The position numbers and the translations under genes were made by a program. Positions 59,304 through 64,000 of a stretch of 64,000 nucleotides of DNA are shown piece after piece. Below the pieces are notes generated by a model. It had not been told where the DNA came from. It saw nothing but the letters and a program-made list of their open reading frames with translations, and searched no databases. The DNA is from Candidatus Poribacteria bacterium (GTDB lineage Bacteria; Poribacteria; WGA-4E; PCPOR2b), in contig OZ220744.1 of assembly GCA_965116925.1 (NCBI GenBank), positions 6,407,378-6,471,377 on the forward strand, written 5' to 3'. Position 1 is the stretch's first letter. The number at the start of each line of letters is the position of its first letter.

Positions 59304-60125
59304 ATGATCAAATTTGAGCACACAATCTTCATGCTGCCCTTTGCGATCATGAGCGCATTCATCGCTTCGGATGGATTGCCAGCGTTAGATAAGTTTATCT
59401 GGATACTCGTTGCCATGGTTGGAGCACGAAGTTGTGCTATGGCATTTAATCGACTCGCTGATGCTGAAATTGACAAAGCGAACCCACGTACGGCAATGCG
59501 AGCTATTCCCGCCGGATTGATCGCAAAGGGAGCGGTATGGGGATTTACCCTTGTTTCCGCTGCACTGCTCGTATTCGCTGCATATAACCTCAATCCGCTT
59601 GCGTTTGCACTTTCACCTGTTGCGCTTGTGGTGATTATGGGATATTCCTACACCAAACGCTTTACCTCCTTCTCTCACCTTTGGCTTGGCATCTCCCTCT
59701 CAATCGCGCCGATTGGCGCATGGATCGCTATCAGAGGTCAATTTGATTGGACACCCATACTGCTCGGATTGGCGGTGCTGCTTTGGACAGCGGGATTTGA
59801 CATCATCTACGCTTGTCAAGATTTCGATTTCGATCGCAAGCATCGGTTATACTCAATTCCTGCGAAGTTCGGAATCAAACCGGCATTATGGATTTCATCG
59901 GTACTACATGTAGTGATGGTTGCGGTCCTGCTCGGCGTTATGTTATTGACAGATCTGGGTGTCGTCTATCTGGTCGGCGTTGGAATCGTTATAATTATTC
60001 TGATTTATGAACACGTCATCGTCAAGCCACACGACCTTTCACGGGTAAATCTCGCCTTCTTCACACTGAATGGCGTGGTGAGTTTGGTGCTCATGGCACT
60101 ATCTGTTGTGGATATGATGCTATAG
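59304..60125 (+). CDS. mqnP: UbiA-family prenyltransferase (MqnP-like, futalosine pathway)
   Basis: KFEHTIF.LPF, NRLAD..ID..NPRT, YSYTKRF, FDIIYACQD and AFFTLN motifs; true start may lie upstream (see findings). Confidence 0.85.
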   Translation: MIKFEHTIFMLPFAIMSAFIASDGLPALDKFIWILVAMVGARSCAMAFNRLADAEIDKANPRTAMRAIPAGLIAKGAVWGFTLVSAALLVFAAYNLNPLAFALSPVALVVIMGYSYTKRFTSFSHLWLGISLSIAPIGAWIAIRGQFDWTPILLGLAVLLWTAGFDIIYACQDFDFDRKHRLYSIPAKFGIKPALWISSVLHVVMVAVLLGVMLLTDLGVVYLVGVGIVIIILIYEHVIVKPHDLSRVNLAFFTLNGVVSLVLMALSVVDMML

Positions 60126-60215
60126 TATGACACAAAAAATTGCTTGAGATGCCAATTGAGCAGGAGCATAATGTAGTAGTCCAAATCTGAAATTTTCATA
60201 GAAGGAGGAAAAATT

Positions 60216-61145
60216 ATGGACATCAGTTTTAGTACAGGGGCAGGTGGGGGTGCATGGAGCCTTGAAGAGTGTGCCGAATGGGCGAAAGCAAACGGTTTCG
60301 ATGCAATTCGTCCTAACGCTAGTGGAACATTTGATCCCGATCATATCTCGCAAGTGGGTGGTGATAAGATCAACGAAACCTTGCGATCGCACGATATTTA
60401 TCTCGCTGCGATAAGTGCCCATAACAATCTGCTAGACGACGATCTCGAAGCGCGTGAAGCTGCCAGTGAAAACCTCAAACGAGCGATCGAAGCGACAAGC
60501 ATCCTCGGGGCACCAGTCCTCGTGACCTATGCCGGCAGCCCTGTCAGTTGGCATTTTTACGGACAATTTTCCTCGAACCCCGGAAATCCGGGCGATAGAT
60601 CGGTTGAACTGGTAGGCAGATTTAAGGAGATGTGGACGCCGGTCGTCCGCTTTGCTGAAGAGAAGGGTGTGACAATCGCGCTTGATTGTGCGGTACGAAT
60701 GGGTAACATCGCCTGTAATCCGGAGATGTGGGAACGCATTCTTGACGCAATTCCTTCCGACAACCTAGGATTATCTTGCGATCCCTCCCACTGGCTCTGG
60801 ATGGGGATTTTGCCGGCAGAGGATGCTATCCGCATGTTTGCCGGCAAGTGGTACTATGCCGATGTGAAGGATTGCGAAGTCAGTCCACAAATGCGTTTCC
60901 GTCAAGGAATCATTGGGAATTGGTGGTGGCAGTATCGCGTTCCCGGACGCGGACAGTTGAATTGGGGAACAATCATCGGTGCACTACTTGAGAGCGGATA
61001 TGATTATGTCCTCTGTGTTGAGAATGAAGACCGAGGGATGCCGGGGCTTGCCGGGTTCGCGTTGGGTGGGCGACATCTGCGCCAGTTTCTACCCAAGCGC
61101 GGAGAACCCTACGACCCGGCAACTCTCTGGAAGGTCAAAAGTTGA
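60216..61145 (+). CDS. Sugar phosphate isomerase/epimerase (xylose isomerase-like TIM barrel)
   Basis: DPSH, VKD, R.PG.G..NW and VENE motifs; SD AGGAGG. Confidence 0.85.
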   Translation: MDISFSTGAGGGAWSLEECAEWAKANGFDAIRPNASGTFDPDHISQVGGDKINETLRSHDIYLAAISAHNNLLDDDLEAREAASENLKRAIEATSILGAPVLVTYAGSPVSWHFYGQFSSNPGNPGDRSVELVGRFKEMWTPVVRFAEEKGVTIALDCAVRMGNIACNPEMWERILDAIPSDNLGLSCDPSHWLWMGILPAEDAIRMFAGKWYYADVKDCEVSPQMRFRQGIIGNWWWQYRVPGRGQLNWGTIIGALLESGYDYVLCVENEDRGMPGLAGFALGGRHLRQFLPKRGEPYDPATLWKVKS

Positions 61146-61226
61146 TCTTGCAATCGCTTCTTGAAATATGCTATCATTTAGCGGTTTTGCACATCCCTGT
61201 TAATTCTCTCTTACGGGAGGAAGACA

Positions 61227-61916
61227 ATGGCTTTTATTCACGAAAATCTTTCACGGATTCAAGATCGGATTGCTGCAGCTGCCGCACGCGTTGGACGTAA
61301 CCCAGATTCAATAGAGCTCGTTGCTGTTTCTAAAACCAAGCCTGTTAGTCTAATTGTAGAAGCAATTGAAGCGGGGATTACGCATATTGGTGAGAATCGC
61401 GTCCAAGAGGCACAAAGTAAGCATCCCCAGATTGATCACCCGGTGAAGTGGCATCTAGTCGGTCATCTGCAACGAAATAAAGTGAAACAGGCCCTACAGA
61501 TTTTTGATCTCATCCACTCCGTGGATAGCCCGCGTCTCCTTGCTGAAATAGATCGACGATCTGCCGAGTTGAATCGCGCGACAGAGATACTGATTCAGGT
61601 CAACACCTCTGCTGAACCCAGCAAATACGGTCTGGAACCGGATCAGACGCTAGACTTCATTGAAAGTGCACACCCTTACACCCATGTCCGGATCAAAGGA
61701 TTGATGACAATCGGTGCCTTTCTGCCAGATCCTGAAGCGGTGCGTCCGATGTTTGCATTGCTGCGGCAGCTCCGTGAAAAAATTATCGCCCAGCAATTTC
61801 CGAACGTTGAGATGGACACCCTGTCAATGGGAATGACCAACGATTTTGAGGTTGCTATTGAGGAGGGCGCGAATCTCATCAGGGTTGGTACCGCAATCTT
61901 TGGAGAACGGGAATAA
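61227..61916 (+). CDS. yggS: PLP homeostasis protein
   Basis: AVSK, GENRVQE, WH.VG.LQ.NK, SMGM..D and RVGTAIFG motifs. Confidence 0.95.
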   Translation: MAFIHENLSRIQDRIAAAAARVGRNPDSIELVAVSKTKPVSLIVEAIEAGITHIGENRVQEAQSKHPQIDHPVKWHLVGHLQRNKVKQALQIFDLIHSVDSPRLLAEIDRRSAELNRATEILIQVNTSAEPSKYGLEPDQTLDFIESAHPYTHVRIKGLMTIGAFLPDPEAVRPMFALLRQLREKIIAQQFPNVEMDTLSMGMTNDFEVAIEEGANLIRVGTAIFGERE

Positions 61917-61946
61917 AACATTTGACGCAGATAGGAGCATAGCCCT

Positions 61947-62762
61947 TTGGATACTAAACTTCGAGTCGGTTTCATTGCCGTTGGCAATATGGGAGGTGCA
62001 ATTGTCAGAGGCGTTGTGCGTGATTTACTACCACCTGAACAGGTTTGGATAACAGATGTCTATCGTCCCCTCGTTGACCAGTTGTGCGAGGAGTTAGGGG
62101 TCAACAGTGCGGAAAACATCCCGCAATTGATGGAAAAGGTCGACTGTCTGCTATATGCAGCCAAGCCAAATAACGTGCCAGATGTCTTCCCAGAAATTGC
62201 TGCCACCCTCCAATCTCCGACCCAGTGGATCATCTCCATTGCAGCAGGTGTTTCAACAACCCAATTAGAATCTTACTTTGCTTCTCCACCACCGCCAATT
62301 GTCCGTGTGATGCCAAACATCGCCGCATCTGTGGGGGAAGCAATCTCCGTAATCACAGCGGGAAGCACTGCCACGTCTAAACACCTTGCCGTAACCCAAG
62401 CAATTTTCAACGCTGCAGGCAAGTCGCTGGTTATGGAGGAAAGACATCTGAACGCCGTTACCGGTTTAAGCGGCAGCGGTCCCGCGTTTGTGTTCCTCTT
62501 CATTGAAGCCTTCGCTGATGCAGGGGTACAGGTCGGCTTGACCCGTCCCGACGCATATCAACTTGCCCTACAAACCGTGCTCGGAGCGTGTAGGATGCTT
62601 GAGGAGATGGATGAACATCCGGCAGTCCTGAAAAACCGGGTGACGACGCCGGGGGGAACAACCGCAGCAGGATTATATGCGTTGGAGAGTGGACGCCTGC
62701 GGTCGGTTATTGCTGATGCTGTGAGTGCCGCTACAAAACGCTCCGAAGAGCTTGCAAATTGA
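61947..62762 (+). CDS. proC: Pyrroline-5-carboxylate reductase
   Basis: SIAAG, RVMPN, SGSGPA and TPGGTT motifs. Confidence 0.95.
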   Translation: MDTKLRVGFIAVGNMGGAIVRGVVRDLLPPEQVWITDVYRPLVDQLCEELGVNSAENIPQLMEKVDCLLYAAKPNNVPDVFPEIAATLQSPTQWIISIAAGVSTTQLESYFASPPPPIVRVMPNIAASVGEAISVITAGSTATSKHLAVTQAIFNAAGKSLVMEERHLNAVTGLSGSGPAFVFLFIEAFADAGVQVGLTRPDAYQLALQTVLGACRMLEEMDEHPAVLKNRVTTPGGTTAAGLYALESGRLRSVIADAVSAATKRSEELAN

Positions 62763-62786
62763 GTGAGATTGGAAGGGTCCTCGACT

Positions 62787-63059
62787 ATGGAAGTGTTGAT
62801 ACCTCTCATGATTGAAGTAATTGGGATTTACTCAATCATTGTTTTTGCCAATGTTATATTATCTTGGGTTGTGAACTTTTCTGGTAACGTGACAGTAAGA
62901 CAACTTTATTGGATGACGAACCGATTTGTTGACCCCGCACTAGACCCCATTCGCCGCTTTCTGCGTCCCGTGACGGGTGGGTTGGGAATTGACATTTCGC
63001 CGCTTATCTTAATACTCTTTTTACAGATACTGCAAAGGATGTTGAGGTCAACCTTGTAA
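62787..63059 (+). CDS. yggT: YggT family membrane protein
   Basis: ILSWV, P.L.PIRR and GIDISP motifs; canonical position after proC. Confidence 0.88.
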   Translation: MEVLIPLMIEVIGIYSIIVFANVILSWVVNFSGNVTVRQLYWMTNRFVDPALDPIRRFLRPVTGGLGIDISPLILILFLQILQRMLRSTL

Positions 63060-63123
63060 GCATCCATTTATTCAGAATTTCTGAATTTTTGTAATTATTA
63101 GGTATCCCTAACGGTACTTGAAA

Positions 63124-64000
63124 ATGATGACTGAAGAAAAAATTCTAAAATTATGGGATGAGATTGATATTTACGCTCAACTAATTCAACGAGCGAAATC
63201 GACACCCTATGTTCTTCGCGAAATGCCTACGGCTACCCATCATTTGAAGTTGGATATGCTTAAAGGCAAGATCTGCCAAGACATGTTTCTGAAATCGAAC
63301 ATGATGCAAGGGATGGGGGTAGAGTATGTACCGCATTGGGATTATTATACCTCTGCTGTTGAAACAAAGGCGTTGAATCGGGAGTATAAGGATAGCACCT
63401 TTGATGCCATTCGATTTCGCCGGCAGTGTCGCCGTGAGTTCCAACGTGAGGTTGACCAACAACAAAACCAACTGCGAGCGATTGGGATTTTTGGAGATTG
63501 GAAGAAGGGCAAAACTCTGGATTCACGCGATGAAGCGAAAATTATCAATGCTTTCAGCGCGTTGCAGGAGTTGGGGTATTTGAGTAAAGATCGAAAATTG
63601 GGAGCATGGTGTCCGAAATGTAATACTATACTAGATATGGATGAGATGAAAAATCAGCCCTCCCCGGCGTATTCTGGGTACGTCAAATTTCCTGTTAGCA
63701 TCGGTTTAGAAGAGTTTGGCGAGGACGTTTACCTGTTAGCGTGGCTTCAAGATCTATGGTATCTTGCTGGGAGCGTTGCCATTGGGGTACAGGAAAGTAG
63801 CGAATATTGGATTGTTGAGCTAGATGGCGAAATCCTTATCCTCACTGAGGCAGATCTCTCAGCTTGCTTTCCACTGGATCAGCAGGCAAATATAAATCGA
63901 TTGCAAACCTGTCCAGTTGATGTACTGACGGATTGCTTTTGCGCCCATCCGTTTCTTGGCAAAGACCTTCAGGTAGTTATTATTCCAGATATTTCTGAGC
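63124..64000 (+). CDS. Isoleucyl-tRNA synthetase-like protein with degenerate motifs (partial, runs off window)
   Basis: My translation: 292 codons without a stop; EEKILKLW, KICQD, YVPHWD, FRRQCR, IGIFGDW, WCPKC, YVKFPV and HPF are colinear with the IleRS N-terminus. Confidence 0.85.
   Translation, partial: MMTEEKILKLWDEIDIYAQLIQRAKSTPYVLREMPTATHHLKLDMLKGKICQDMFLKSNMMQGMGVEYVPHWDYYTSAVETKALNREYKDSTFDAIRFRRQCRREFQREVDQQQNQLRAIGIFGDWKKGKTLDSRDEAKIINAFSALQELGYLSKDRKLGAWCPKCNTILDMDEMKNQPSPAYSGYVKFPVSIGLEEFGEDVYLLAWLQDLWYLAGSVAIGVQESSEYWIVELDGEILILTEADLSACFPLDQQANINRLQTCPVDVLTDCFCAHPFLGKDLQVVIIPDISE

Noticed and set aside
61965..61995. proC Rossmann motif reads IAVGNMG instead of IGxGNMG
   Set aside because: A single conservative change with all other motifs intact; not evidence of inactivation
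63181..63583. Short ORFs listed at the window end
   Set aside because: Explained as shadows of the long IleRS-like frame starting at 63124

Overview
Gene-dense bacterial chromosomal window with about 60 CDS. I found no rRNA, tRNA, CRISPR array, transposase or integrase. Most genes are catabolic or housekeeping: five PhyH-type dioxygenases, dehydrogenases, aldolases, peptidases, GH51, sulfatase, prs, trpF, sppA, infA, cysM, rsmD, pabB, mqnP-like and yggS-proC-yggT. The PhyH expansion and secreted propeller proteins ending in '[16 protein letters not shown]' suggest Ca. Poribacteria or a relative (inference only). Highlights: (1) an AT-richer, translationally coupled three-gene cassette (RNAP alphaCTD+sigma-region-4 protein, winged-helix protein, MORC-like GHKL ATPase) directly behind a truncated HEPN toxin gene, a candidate undescribed defence system; (2) an IleRS paralog, missing from the ORF track and open to the window end, with its HIGH, GWDCHG and editing motifs all degenerate; (3) an IF-1 with an apparently obligatory ~100-aa QGRGPS-repeat N-terminal extension; (4) a five-gene tandem array of secreted PD40 beta-propellers sharing a C-terminal tail; (5) several MITE/REP-like families, including Correia-like ends and a palindrome lying in-frame inside a gene; (6) a sulfatase split at a (CT)n tract. 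All calls come from motif recognition by eye; no database searches were run.
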